A DNA stretch of 64,000 bases from Candidatus Latescibacterota bacterium (GCA_965226795.1 CBDDDZ010000005.1:832001-896000), one strand, 5' to 3'; positions 1 to 9,926 are shown, counted from the stretch's first letter. A program made the numbers and translations. The notes: generated by a model not told the origin, from the sequence alone.

Positions 1-17
1 CCCCGTGGAGGAGATTT

Positions 18-1019
18 ATGGAACGGAACCCGCTTTCCAGACGGATAGTCTGGAGGTTCAGCGGCGACAATCCGGTGGTCGCGCCGGGTCAGCTGCACGC
101 AGATATGGATAGCCGGCGCGCCGGCGCCGCGCATGTTGTACAGGTCGGAGATCGATACCGGATGTATTACTGGGGAACCGGAACGGATGGGTACCATCAC
201 AATCTGCTGGCCGAGAGCCATATTGATGCGCCGAACGACTGGCGGCCGCTGGGCTCCGTGCTGGACCGGCAGCCCGGCACGGCGTATAACGATCAGGGGC
301 CGGGGTTCCCGTTCGTGGTTCCCAGGGAAGACGGCCCCTGGCTCCTGTATTTCTGCGGGTGGGGGAAACCCAGGGCGGACGGCAAACTGCCCAATACCAC
401 GGGCGTGGCGTTCAGCGAAGACGGCGGATACCGTTTTGATTACCTGCAAAAAGAACCGATTTTGCTGATGGACCGGGACTGGGACCGAGAGGGAACCGGA
501 AGCGTATTTGTCTTGCACGACGGCGATCGGTACCATATGTATTATACGGCTATCGGGGCCTATTTTACCCGGCCCGAGGGCGCCAGGACGGGCCACGGTG
601 ATGTGATACCCCGCATAGGGGTCGGTTACGCGGTTTCGGCAGACGGGTTGACCTGGGCCAAGCCGCTGAATGGTCTGATGGTCAGTCCAAGGGGTTTCGA
701 CACCGAACCCTACGAGTACATCTGTTCAAAGCCCTTCGTCTTGCGGGAACCTGATGGTTACAGGATGTGGGTGAACACGTTTGGTACGGCCTATCGGATA
801 AGGAGTCTGGTCGGACCCGACGGACGGGACTGGCGCTGGTGCGAAAGCGGGTCCGACGGGGAGTTGGGCGTGGGCGCGCCGGGCGCGTTCGACGACAAGC
901 AACGGTGTTACGTGAGTGTCGTTAAATGCGGCGACGAATACAGGTGCTGGTATACCGGAAACGGGTTCGGCGCCACGGGGATGGGATACGCGGTGGGAAG
1001 GGTCGAGAGTGAGGGATGA
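18..1019 (+). CDS. Five-bladed beta-propeller glycoside hydrolase-like protein (GH32/GH43/GH130-like)
   Basis: 333 aa ORF with GGAGG RBS. Repeated blades 'RYRMYYWG', 'RYHMYYTA', 'YRMWVN', 'YRCWYTG' and 'S.DG..W' motifs. Confidence 0.7.
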   Translation: MERNPLSRRIVWRFSGDNPVVAPGQLHADMDSRRAGAAHVVQVGDRYRMYYWGTGTDGYHHNLLAESHIDAPNDWRPLGSVLDRQPGTAYNDQGPGFPFVVPREDGPWLLYFCGWGKPRADGKLPNTTGVAFSEDGGYRFDYLQKEPILLMDRDWDREGTGSVFVLHDGDRYHMYYTAIGAYFTRPEGARTGHGDVIPRIGVGYAVSADGLTWAKPLNGLMVSPRGFDTEPYEYICSKPFVLREPDGYRMWVNTFGTAYRIRSLVGPDGRDWRWCESGSDGELGVGAPGAFDDKQRCYVSVVKCGDEYRCWYTGNGFGATGMGYAVGRVESEG

Positions 1020-1108
1020 TTCTGGATTATTCGACGTGGGCCCTGCACGCGGCGACACCATATCCGCTATAGCGTTATGATAAACGCAGGTGATCAGGAG
1101 AACGTCAC

Positions 1109-1831
1109 ATGGAACTGGACGAGTCGAAATTGCGGCAGTACGAGCACGATGGATATACAACGGTGGAAGGGCTGATATCGACCGCCGAAGCGGCTGCGGT
1201 GCGAAAACGGCTTTTGGAATTGGTGGAGGGGGAGCACGACTGGCCGGACCTGCATTTTCAGATTCTGGACCCGGCGAAGTTCCGCAGTGCAAAGGATGGG
1301 TTCGTGCCGATCGGCGTCCAGAGGCCCGCCAGACAGGAGGCCGTCTTCCGGGAGATAGCAGACCACGTCAATTTGCAGGGGGCGATGTCCCGGCTTCTGG
1401 GCGGTCCGGTGAAGCGTTTTACGGATCAGGCGTTAATCAAGAACCGGGCAATCGACGGCCAATCGTTCTATCACCAGGATTCCTACTACTGGAAGATTGA
1501 GCCTGGACGAGGGTGCAACGCCTGGATCGCGCTGGATGAGGTGGGGGTGGACGCCAGCGCCTTGGGCATCCTGCCAGGAACTCACAGGGATTGGACACTG
1601 GCGACACACGAGCGCTATTACGATGAGCCCAATTTCTACGGCGCGCGGACCGGCGAAGCGTTCACCCGGTGGCGCATTCCGACAGAGGGATTGGACCTAT
1701 CCAGGGAAGTCGTGTTGTCGATGCAGCCGGGGGACGCCGCGTTTTTCTCGAATTACACGTGGCATCGGTCAGAGGTAAACCGTTCGGGCGCGCACAAGAC
1801 GGCCTACGCGATCGCGTATCAGTTGCGATAG
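1109..1831 (+). CDS. Phytanoyl-CoA dioxygenase (PhyH) family Fe(II)/2-oxoglutarate dioxygenase
   Basis: HQD iron motif (YHQDSYYW), 'NAWIALD', 'ILPGTH', distal His in 'WHRSEVNRS'; AGGAG RBS. Confidence 0.9.
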   Translation: MELDESKLRQYEHDGYTTVEGLISTAEAAAVRKRLLELVEGEHDWPDLHFQILDPAKFRSAKDGFVPIGVQRPARQEAVFREIADHVNLQGAMSRLLGGPVKRFTDQALIKNRAIDGQSFYHQDSYYWKIEPGRGCNAWIALDEVGVDASALGILPGTHRDWTLATHERYYDEPNFYGARTGEAFTRWRIPTEGLDLSREVVLSMQPGDAAFFSNYTWHRSEVNRSGAHKTAYAIAYQLR

Positions 1832-1894
1832 TGGCCCGAAAACGGCGACCGTGGGAGCGGGGGAGATGGCGCATACGCGGCTGGAGATGCGTCC

Positions 1895-3385
1895 GTGTCC
1901 GTCATTGATAACATAGAGAGGGTCAGTATGGTTCGAAGAAAAGTGCCGGCCCCGACCTCCAGGGTTCGGCTCGGTTTCGCCCGTGTGGATATAACGCCGC
2001 CGGTGGGGATTTATCACCGGATGTGGGGCGCGGCCAGGCACGACAGGGCAACGGGCGTTCACCGCCCGATTCTGGGTGACGTGCTGGTGTTCGGGCCGGT
2101 GGACGCGCCCGATGAAATACGGCTGGTTCGGGCGCACCTGGACCTGGTCGGTCTGGTGGCCCGGCAGCACGCGGCGCTCGTGGATTCGCTCAGCGTTGCC
2201 GCCGGGGTGGGGCAGGATCGGGTGGACGTGACGTACTCACACACCCATTCCTCCGGGTGGTACGCACCGGATCGTTTCGAAATGCCGGGGGGCGAACTGA
2301 TTGAGCCCTTTCTGAAGGACGTGGGGAAAGAGCTGGTGCGGGCTTGCGAAGAGGCGTTGGCGGGGATGCGGGAGGTGCTGATTACCTATGCGCGCGGGCA
2401 TTGCAACATGGCGGCGGACAGGGACTATCGGGATAAAGTCTTCGGAGGCTACGTATGCGGGTATAATCCGGAGGGTGAGGGTGACGATACGCTGCTGGTG
2501 GGACGGATATGCGACGGAGAGGGCAGGACTGCGGCGACGGTGGTGAATTACGGATGCCATCCGACCACGCTGGCCTGGAAAAATACCCTGATCAGCCCGG
2601 ATTACGTGGGTGCGATGCGGGAGGAAGTCGAGAGGGTAACCGGGGCGCCCTGCACGTTCGCCCTGGCGCCCTGCGGGGACCTTGGGCCCAGAGACGGGTT
2701 TGTGGGAGATCCGGAAGTCGCCGAGAAGAACGGACGCCAGCTCGGGTTTGCGGCGCTCTCCGTCGTCATGTCCATGGGGCCTCCTGGCACGGATTTCGAA
2801 TACCAGGGACCCGTAATCTCGGGCGCCACGCTTGGTACCTGGGTGCACGTGGGATTCGGAGACGGGCGCTTGCGCTCCGCTTCGGTCGTTGGCGGCGGTG
2901 TATATTCCGTGGATCTGCCGATGAAAAAACGGCCGGACAGGGAGGCGCTTCTGGAGGATCTGGCGCGGTGGTCGGAAGCCGAGCGGGCGGCCGACGAGGC
3001 GGGCGACGCCCTGAAAGCCCGATCGTGCGGCGCCCGGACGGAGCGGGCCAGGCGCTGGCTGGCGCGGATCGCGAACCTGCCGCCGGGCGAGGCATACCCG
3101 TATCGATTCTCGGTTTATCGAATGGGAGACGCGATCTGGGTGACCTGCGGCGGGGAACCGTACAGCTTTCTGCAGGTCGAGTTGCGCCGGCGATTTCCCC
3201 GGTTCGTGATTCTGGTTTCTCCACTTTCGGGCAATTTACAGGTAGCTTATCTGTTGCGGAAAGACGCGTACGGCAAGGGACTGTACCAGGAGGAGCCGTC
3301 GAGCCTGGCCCCGGGCTGCCTGGAGACCCTGACCGACGCGATTGCGGCGCGAATCGAAGAACTCGTGGTAGTAGGTCAGTCTTAA
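1895..3385 (+). CDS. Neutral/alkaline ceramidase-like metallo-amidohydrolase
   Basis: 'GFARVDITPP', 'SHTHSS', 'NYGCHPT', 'ISPDYVG' and 'GGEPY' motifs of this family. Start could be GTG 1895 or ATG 1928. Confidence 0.7.
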   Translation: MSVIDNIERVSMVRRKVPAPTSRVRLGFARVDITPPVGIYHRMWGAARHDRATGVHRPILGDVLVFGPVDAPDEIRLVRAHLDLVGLVARQHAALVDSLSVAAGVGQDRVDVTYSHTHSSGWYAPDRFEMPGGELIEPFLKDVGKELVRACEEALAGMREVLITYARGHCNMAADRDYRDKVFGGYVCGYNPEGEGDDTLLVGRICDGEGRTAATVVNYGCHPTTLAWKNTLISPDYVGAMREEVERVTGAPCTFALAPCGDLGPRDGFVGDPEVAEKNGRQLGFAALSVVMSMGPPGTDFEYQGPVISGATLGTWVHVGFGDGRLRSASVVGGGVYSVDLPMKKRPDREALLEDLARWSEAERAADEAGDALKARSCGARTERARRWLARIANLPPGEAYPYRFSVYRMGDAIWVTCGGEPYSFLQVELRRRFPRFVILVSPLSGNLQVAYLLRKDAYGKGLYQEEPSSLAPGCLETLTDAIAARIEELVVVGQS

Positions 3386-3399
3386 GGGGGGAGATCGAC

Positions 3400-4284
3400 A
3401 TGGCGGAACTGGTATATGATGCCGGCACCGATACGTACCAATTCCAGACGGAAGCGATGACCGGTGAAATTCGTACGTCGGGAGACTATCACGGGGTGTG
3501 GACACTAACCGACAGGATCACTGGCAGGCAGGTGATCCATCCAAAATATTCGGCATTGAACCTCTTTCGGTTGTTCGCGGTTCACCAGGGTCTGGATCAA
3601 CCGCGCCTGATGGACCGGACGGTCGAAGCCCGCGACAACGCCGTTGAGGTGCACTGGGCGGCTACGGATACGCACCAGGGCGCTTTGACCGCCCGTTACG
3701 AGGTGTGCGAGCCGAATCACGTCGACCTGACGGTAACGGTGAGGTGCGAAGGGACCTATGCAGGATATGAGCTCTTCCTCTCCAACTATTTCGATAAGAC
3801 AATGCGGCCTCACATCTATCTCCACGGGAGCCGGTACGGCCGGGCAAGCGTGGACCCCGAACGGGTCGTTCCCATGGTGAACGATGTCTTTCGAGGAACC
3901 GTCATCGTATTTCCGCGGGACCCGCATGCCGCGCGGCGCTGCGTAGACGGGCGGTGGAATCGAAGCGAGCGCAACTCCCCCACCGTGCAGATGTGTCCGG
4001 TGCGGTACTATGGGCATCCGTTTTCCTTCCTGACGGACCCCGGGAATCGCCTGGGTATCGTGTTGATGTCCACGGCAGAGGACTGCTATGCCATCAGTAC
4101 GCGTTACCACGTGGCCGACGAAGCCGATCGCATGACGGATTACAGCGCGTTTGATTTTTCTCTCTTCGGCGACGATCTGGTGCCCGGCAGCCGACGCACG
4201 GTACGCATGCGGCTTGCTTTGACGGAGGTCGATGAGGAAATGTCCCAGCCCCTGGCTCATTATCGTGCGTTTGCTGGCGACTAA
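3400..4284 (+). CDS. Hypothetical protein (294 aa, beta-rich)
   Basis: ATG at 3400 behind GGGGGAG RBS, 14 nt after the upstream stop. The track ORF's extension back to 2509 overlaps the upstream gene and is spurious. Confidence 0.75.
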   Translation: MAELVYDAGTDTYQFQTEAMTGEIRTSGDYHGVWTLTDRITGRQVIHPKYSALNLFRLFAVHQGLDQPRLMDRTVEARDNAVEVHWAATDTHQGALTARYEVCEPNHVDLTVTVRCEGTYAGYELFLSNYFDKTMRPHIYLHGSRYGRASVDPERVVPMVNDVFRGTVIVFPRDPHAARRCVDGRWNRSERNSPTVQMCPVRYYGHPFSFLTDPGNRLGIVLMSTAEDCYAISTRYHVADEADRMTDYSAFDFSLFGDDLVPGSRRTVRMRLALTEVDEEMSQPLAHYRAFAGD

Positions 4285-4530
4285 CGGCGGATCCGTCGAT
4301 AGGCTCGAGTCGTACCTCCGCGGATTGCATCCCTTAAAACGGGCCAGGCGTACCGGGCAGGCGCGGGGCATCGCCGCCCGTTGAGTTTGTCCTTCGAAAT
4401 GGTCGAAATCATAGCCCGATTCAATTTTAGGGTTGAATCGGCGCCTTATTGTACCTATTTTTGTTACGTATCGATCCTGGCTCGGATAGGCGCCGTTTCT
4501 GCTCAACTTGGAGAGGTCGTACAAATACGG

Positions 4531-5727
4531 ATGAAGAGAATCCTCGAACATGTGTGGGCGCGGTACCTGCTGACGTTCGGCCTGCTCCTCTCTGTGGCTG
4601 ACTGCGGTAAGACACCGCCCACCGTGGACGATGATCTGTACGAAGAGTACCCGGGGTTGCCCTACGGGATCATGATCACCCTCGCCGGCACCGGAGATGC
4701 AGGCAGGAATGCCGCGGGATCGGGTCCTCTGGATACACATCTGTATTTTCCCCAGGATATGACTGTCGGTCCCGACGGGCGGACGTACATTCTGGATTGG
4801 AACAACAATCGCGTTCTAGAGATCGACAACGGAGTCGTCCGTCCTCTCGTCGGCAACGGCGAACCGGGCGATGCGCCTGCGGGTCCGGCGCTGCAGGCGG
4901 GCATCGACCACCCGACCCATATTTCGTTCGATCCTCAGGGACGGCTGATCCTTTCGGCCTGGCAGAATTCCAGGATCCTGAGGTATGATTTTACCACAGG
5001 CCGCGTCGAACCCATTGCCGGCCGGGGCGAACGCGGTTTCGGGGGCAACGGCGGCCCCGCTCGCCAGGCCTCGTTAAATCTCCCGAGTTCCACTGTCTTC
5101 GACGAATCCGGTCGGATGTATATCTCGGATCAGGGAAACCTTCGCATTCGTATGGTGGATCTGAACGGTGTGATCTCCACCGTTGCGGGAACCGGGAGGG
5201 AGGGATTTGCCGGGGACGGCGGTCCTGCGATCCTGGCGGACCTCTATGCGCCGACGGGAGACGCGGCGCAGCCGGCCGGCCGGATCGCCATGGATAGCCG
5301 GGGTAACCTTTATATCGCAGATACGTTCAACCATCGCATCCGAATGGTGGATACCACGGGCAGGATCAGCACGGTGGCCGGCGGCGGCAGTATCGGCCCG
5401 ACTGCCGGAACGTATTCCGGAGATGGCGTACCGGCGACCGAGGCCAACCTATCGCGCCCCAGCGACGTGGTCGTCGATGCGGAAGGAAACCTGTTTATCG
5501 CCGATACCGGTAACCATTGCATCCGCAAGGTGGATACCAGCGGTATTATTACCACCCTGGCCGGCCGGTGTGGCGAGCCGGGTTTCAAGGGCGACAGTGA
5601 CCATCCCCGGTGGGGGAAACTCAGGAGTCCATACGGGGTCGCGCTCGATCAGGACGAGAATCTGTACATCGCCGATACGTTCAACCATCGGATTCGCGTA
5701 GTGTACAAGGAAATCGTCGAAAGGTGA
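4531..5727 (+). CDS. NHL-repeat beta-propeller protein, probable lipoprotein
   Basis: Repeats such as 'GNLYIADTFNHRIR' and 'STVAGTG..GF.GDGG'. Hydrophobic N-terminus ending 'LSVADCG'. ATG at 4531 chosen. Confidence 0.85.
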   Translation: MKRILEHVWARYLLTFGLLLSVADCGKTPPTVDDDLYEEYPGLPYGIMITLAGTGDAGRNAAGSGPLDTHLYFPQDMTVGPDGRTYILDWNNNRVLEIDNGVVRPLVGNGEPGDAPAGPALQAGIDHPTHISFDPQGRLILSAWQNSRILRYDFTTGRVEPIAGRGERGFGGNGGPARQASLNLPSSTVFDESGRMYISDQGNLRIRMVDLNGVISTVAGTGREGFAGDGGPAILADLYAPTGDAAQPAGRIAMDSRGNLYIADTFNHRIRMVDTTGRISTVAGGGSIGPTAGTYSGDGVPATEANLSRPSDVVVDAEGNLFIADTGNHCIRKVDTSGIITTLAGRCGEPGFKGDSDHPRWGKLRSPYGVALDQDENLYIADTFNHRIRVVYKEIVER

Positions 5728-5792
5728 TCTTTCAATCGGTCAGCGGGCGACACCGCTTTCGGGTATGGATGTCGTTCCTTGAGGAAGTGATT

Positions 5793-6296
5793 ATGGGCAG
5801 GACGAATCTGGGTTGGATTACCGGTGCTGTGCTGGGGGCGGGCCTTATCTTCTGTCTCCCTGATGTCGGGGCCGCAAAGGAAGAGAATTCCAATCCGCTG
5901 CCTCGGGTGCAGCTTGTGACGTTAGAGGGAGATACGCTGAGTCTGACCGAAGTCTGCGAAGGCAAGACATCCTTCATTTATCTGTGGGCAACCTGGTGCA
6001 AAACCTGCAAGAAGGATATGAAGCATGTCTTCAAGTTGAGGGAAAAATTCGGAGAGAAGGTGCAGGTCTTCGGCATCGCGTGGAAGAACAGCGCCGAGGA
6101 GATTCAGACCTACTTCGCAGGCAGGAAGGAATCTCTGCACAGTTATATCGATACGGATGGAAGGGTGTTCGAGGCCTTCGAGACCCGGCTCACACCCACG
6201 GTGGTGATCGTAGACGGCCGGGGGGAGGTCCTTTTTTTCGGATACGCTTCCTTTGGAAAATTCAGAAAACTGCTGGACCAGGCATTGAAGGGTTAG
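5793..6296 (+). CDS. TlpA/ResA-family thioredoxin-fold disulfide reductase
   Basis: 'LWATWCKTCK' CxxC motif, 'TPTVVIVD' cis-Pro loop, N-terminal signal/anchor, GAGGA RBS. Confidence 0.9.
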   Translation: MGRTNLGWITGAVLGAGLIFCLPDVGAAKEENSNPLPRVQLVTLEGDTLSLTEVCEGKTSFIYLWATWCKTCKKDMKHVFKLREKFGEKVQVFGIAWKNSAEEIQTYFAGRKESLHSYIDTDGRVFEAFETRLTPTVVIVDGRGEVLFFGYASFGKFRKLLDQALKG

Positions 6297-6338
6297 TCGT
6301 CGATTGAACGCTAACCAAACCTTGGAGGAGCGTGGACG

Positions 6339-7313
6339 ATGAGATGGTTCTTGCTGGTTTTTGCGTTGGTCCTGTTCACCCCACTGTTTCCAGGAAACAG
6401 ATCTGTTCTGGCGCAACCCGGCGTAAGTTGACGTCGTCCCGTACTCCCGGGCGGGAGAATGCTCCAGGGCAGTCTGATTACCCAGGATCTTTTCGTTGTG
6501 AGCGTGAATTACGAGTATGAGTTTCTGGGCGATGCGATGTTCGGTACAGGGCCGATCCCCAACGTCAACCAGGAAGTCACCAGCATTTCAACGGTGTCGG
6601 TGTTCGCAAGTTACGGGGTCAAGGAATGGTTCGGCGCCGCCGTAGTTCTCCCGTTTCGTTCCATAACCAACGACAAATTTCTTCTACCAGGTCAGTACGA
6701 CAACCAGTATCAGGGCGGCGAGTATGTTCGGCATGCCGCCGGTCTCGGCGACGTTGTTCTGATGTTGAACTTTGCTCCCCCTCTGCCGAAAGCATTGCCC
6801 GGGCTGCTTTTTTCGGCAGGTGTCAAGCTCGCTAACGGGTCGACCCACGCGGTCGATGAGTACGGCCAGCGGTTCGCCGACTTGCTGCAGGTGGGTTCCG
6901 GCAGCGTGGACCCCATTTTCTCCGTAAGTCTGTCGCACGCCTTCAATAACCTGTTTTTCTCCGGTATGCTGTTCACACGCATTATTTCCCGCGAGAATGT
7001 ATACGGTTACAAATACGGGAACGAGTTTCAGGGCATCTTTTCGATGGAATATACGCATGGGGGCATGTTTTTTGCGGGTCTCAGCCTGAACCATGTTTAC
7101 ACGGCTCGCGATTATTTCCAATATGGAAAAATCGCCCGAAAACGCGGGGGCGCCTGGCTCTATGTCGCGCCGAAGCTGGGCGTACGGACAATGGAGAACC
7201 TGAGCCTGGAAGCGAGGTTGCCGCTTCCCGTTTTCCAGAATGTTAACGAAAGCCAGCTAACCTCCGATTATCAGCTCCATGTGGGCGCCACGTATCATTT
7301 TTTGGCTCGATAA
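6339..7313 (+). CDS. Outer-membrane beta-barrel (MetA-pathway/'transporter'-like) with in-frame TGA at codon 31; candidate selenoprotein
   Basis: GGAGG RBS, ATG 6339, signal peptide MRWFLLVFALVLF...SVLA|Q, TGA at 6429-6431, then the same frame continues into the 284-aa ORF with 'GLGDV', 'GVKLANGS', 'LQVGSGSVD' and a C-terminal 'GATYHF' strand. Confidence 0.7.
6440..6461 (+). promoter_or_regulatory. Putative bacterial SECIS hairpin
   Basis: CTCCC-GGGC-GGGAG stem-loop, extendable by C-G, G-U and U-A pairs. The G-initiated loop starts 17 nt after the TGA. Confidence 0.5.
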
Positions 7314-7364
7314 GCGGCTGGAAAGGGCCGCATCGCGTGGTTGCGGTAAAGTGCGGGGGCTGAC

Positions 7365-8096
7365 GTGGCACCGAAAGAAACCGAAAAGATGTGGGCTGAA
7401 CTGGCGCCGTTCTACGACGTAATGTATCAGTGGAAGGACTATCGTGCCGAGGCGGAACGGATCCATAAATTGATTCAGGCGCATCGCATGTCGTCCGGAA
7501 ACACCCTTCTGGATGTCGCGTGCGGGACCGGGGGACACACCGAGTTTTTGCGAGAATACTTCGATGTAACCGGGATCGATCTGAATCGGGCGATGTTGAA
7601 GGTGGCTCGAAAGAAGATCCCCGGAGTCCCGTTACTTTGTCGGGATATGGCTTCTTTCGGCCTGAAGCGTCGGTTTGACGCGGTTGTCTGCCTGTTCAGT
7701 TCGATCGCCTACGTCAGGACCTACCGGAACCTGAAGCGGGCCATCGCTTGTTTTGGTAGACATTTGAAACCGGGTGGCATTCTGGTCATTGAGCCCTTTT
7801 TCAGGACAGAGACATTTCTTCCAGGAACGATCCAGGCAGGCACCCTTGAAGCCGAAGGCGTCAAGATCTCCAGGCACACCGTGAGCAGGCGTCGCGGAAA
7901 TCTGGCCGTTCTCGACTTCCATTTTCTTCTTTCAACCATGAAGGGCGTACAGTACTTTCGGGACACCCACGAATTGGCGCTCTTCGACCGGGAGCGATTC
8001 CTCGAAATTCTCTCGGACGCCGGACTTCGCACGTGGTATTACGAGGACGGATTGATGCGAGAACGAGGACTCTACGTGTCGTTGAAAGCGCTTTGA
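7365..8096 (+). CDS. Class I SAM-dependent methyltransferase
   Basis: 'LLDVACGTG', 'GIDLN', 'FDAVVCLFSSI' and 'HLKPGG' motifs. Confidence 0.92.
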   Translation: MAPKETEKMWAELAPFYDVMYQWKDYRAEAERIHKLIQAHRMSSGNTLLDVACGTGGHTEFLREYFDVTGIDLNRAMLKVARKKIPGVPLLCRDMASFGLKRRFDAVVCLFSSIAYVRTYRNLKRAIACFGRHLKPGGILVIEPFFRTETFLPGTIQAGTLEAEGVKISRHTVSRRRGNLAVLDFHFLLSTMKGVQYFRDTHELALFDRERFLEILSDAGLRTWYYEDGLMRERGLYVSLKAL

Positions 8097-8465
8097 ACCA
8101 CCGGCTCTGGCGTCGGCCGACCCGGATCGCCTATGAATGTCGTTTGATACGTCCACTTTAAGACCCCATGTTAGTACGCAAAACGCCGGTCGGATGGCTT
8201 CGAACCTGAGGTCAACGCCTATGAGGCACGATCGGTCAGGTCTGACGATGCACCGTCCGGCCGGATGCACACCCCGCCCCGGATGCGGCCATGCCGTCCG
8301 CGTTCGCACCACACCGTTTGCTCCTTTCACATGACGCGCCCTTACCGTATTTTCTATCAAATTCCCATCCGTAAAGACAACAAAACGCTTCAGAGCGCCT
8401 CGTAATCGGAGAATCGCCGGGGCGAGGCCGCCGGCCCCCTGACGCGAAGCCGGGAGTGAAATCTT

Positions 8466-9830
8466 ATGGAATCGCGTAGAGACAATGGCAATGGCAGGAC
8501 CGAGCGCAACCCTCAGGTTTTGGGCAAGAATTTCATGTTTCCGCCCCACGTGATCGACGATATCCATATCAAGGCGAATCTGGGTCGGTATCGCATGCGC
8601 GGGATGGCGCTCTTCAAGCAGATTCCATCATGGGACGACCTCACGTTTCTGCCGGGCACGCTCACCCGGTTCGTGATCGAGGGATACCGTGAAAAATGCG
8701 AAACCAGGACGGTGCTGGGGCCTATGGCCAGGCGGCCGCTGGTACTGGATATTCCCGTCTACATTACGGGGATGAGCTTCGGCGCGTTGTCCTACGAGGC
8801 GAAGGTGGCGCTGGCGAGAGGGGCCACGATGGCGGGCACGGCGACCTGTTCCGGAGAAGGCGGAATGCTGCCCGACGAGCGCCGGTATTCGGAGAAGTGG
8901 CTGTACCAGTGCATTCAGTCCCGATACGGGTTCAATCCACACCATATGCGTCTTGCCGACGGCGTGGAGTTTTTTATCGGGCAGGGATGCAAGGTGGGGC
9001 TTGGCGGCCACCTGATGGGCCAGAAGGTGACCGACCAGGTGGCCGAGATGCGTTCGTTGCCGGCGGGGATCGATCAGCGTTCTCCCGCAAGGCACCCGGA
9101 CTGGCTGGGCCCCGATGATCTGGCTTTAAAGATTGAGGAGATCCGTGAGGCGACCAACTGGCAGATTCCCATTCAGTTGAAACTTGGCGCTGCGCGGGTG
9201 TACGACGACGTGCGGATGGCGGCAAAGACGGGGCCCGACAGTATATATATGGACGGGATGGAGGGGTCGACGGGAGCGGGGCCCCATCTGGCCACCGAGG
9301 AGACGGGCGTACCGGGCATCGCGGCCATCAGGCAGGCCAGAAAGGCACTGGACGACGTGGGTAAGACCGGGAAGATTACGCTCGTCTATGCCGGCGGGAT
9401 TCGCAACGGAGCCGACGTGGCCAAGGCGCTGGCGCTCGGAGCCGACGCGGTGGCGATCGGTACGGCGGCGATGGTGGCGCTGAATTGCAACAAGGACATC
9501 CCCGAAGCGGATTACGAAGGCACGGTTGGCGTACCGGCGGGATACTGCTATCACTGCCATACCGGACTGTGTCCCGTGGGCGTAGCCACCCAGGATCCGG
9601 TGCTGCGCAGCCGCCTGGACCCGGACGACGCGGCCGAACGGGTTTATAACTTCCTGCATACCCTGGCCATCGAATGCCAGATGTTCGCCAGGGCTTGCGG
9701 CAAGACCAATGTACATTCCCTGGAGCCGGAGGATCTTGCCGCGCTCACAATGGAGGCCTCCGCTATGGCGGAGGTGCCGTTGGCAGGCACCCGATATACG
9801 GTCGGGCATCCCGAGATGAACAGGTATTGA
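8466..9830 (+). CDS. FMN-binding glutamate synthase-family protein (N-methylglutamate synthase subunit C, GlxD/MgsC-like)
   Basis: 'GMSFGALS', 'SGEGG', 'GQGCKVGLGGHL', 'GGIRNGADVAKALALGAD' and Fe-S 'CYHCHTGLCPVGVATQD'; lies in a methylamine gene cluster. Confidence 0.88.
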   Translation: MESRRDNGNGRTERNPQVLGKNFMFPPHVIDDIHIKANLGRYRMRGMALFKQIPSWDDLTFLPGTLTRFVIEGYREKCETRTVLGPMARRPLVLDIPVYITGMSFGALSYEAKVALARGATMAGTATCSGEGGMLPDERRYSEKWLYQCIQSRYGFNPHHMRLADGVEFFIGQGCKVGLGGHLMGQKVTDQVAEMRSLPAGIDQRSPARHPDWLGPDDLALKIEEIREATNWQIPIQLKLGAARVYDDVRMAAKTGPDSIYMDGMEGSTGAGPHLATEETGVPGIAAIRQARKALDDVGKTGKITLVYAGGIRNGADVAKALALGADAVAIGTAAMVALNCNKDIPEADYEGTVGVPAGYCYHCHTGLCPVGVATQDPVLRSRLDPDDAAERVYNFLHTLAIECQMFARACGKTNVHSLEPEDLAALTMEASAMAEVPLAGTRYTVGHPEMNRY

Positions 9831-9926
9831 GTTCCGGAAAGGACCGCACGGGGATCTTCAGCACCGGTACAGGCCGCCCGCCAATCGGGTGGTTTCAGTG
9901 GTGGAATCCGCACACAGGAGAATCCG

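Noticed and set aside
2509..3399. N-terminal extension giving a 591-aa ORF
   Set aside because: It overlaps the ceramidase-like gene out of frame, is Arg/Gly-rich, and the real start with RBS is at 3400.
8097..8465. Riboswitch (glycine, guanidine, THF) upstream of mgsC
   Set aside because: GC-rich hairpins are possible, but I could not match any conserved aptamer motif; needs an Rfam scan.
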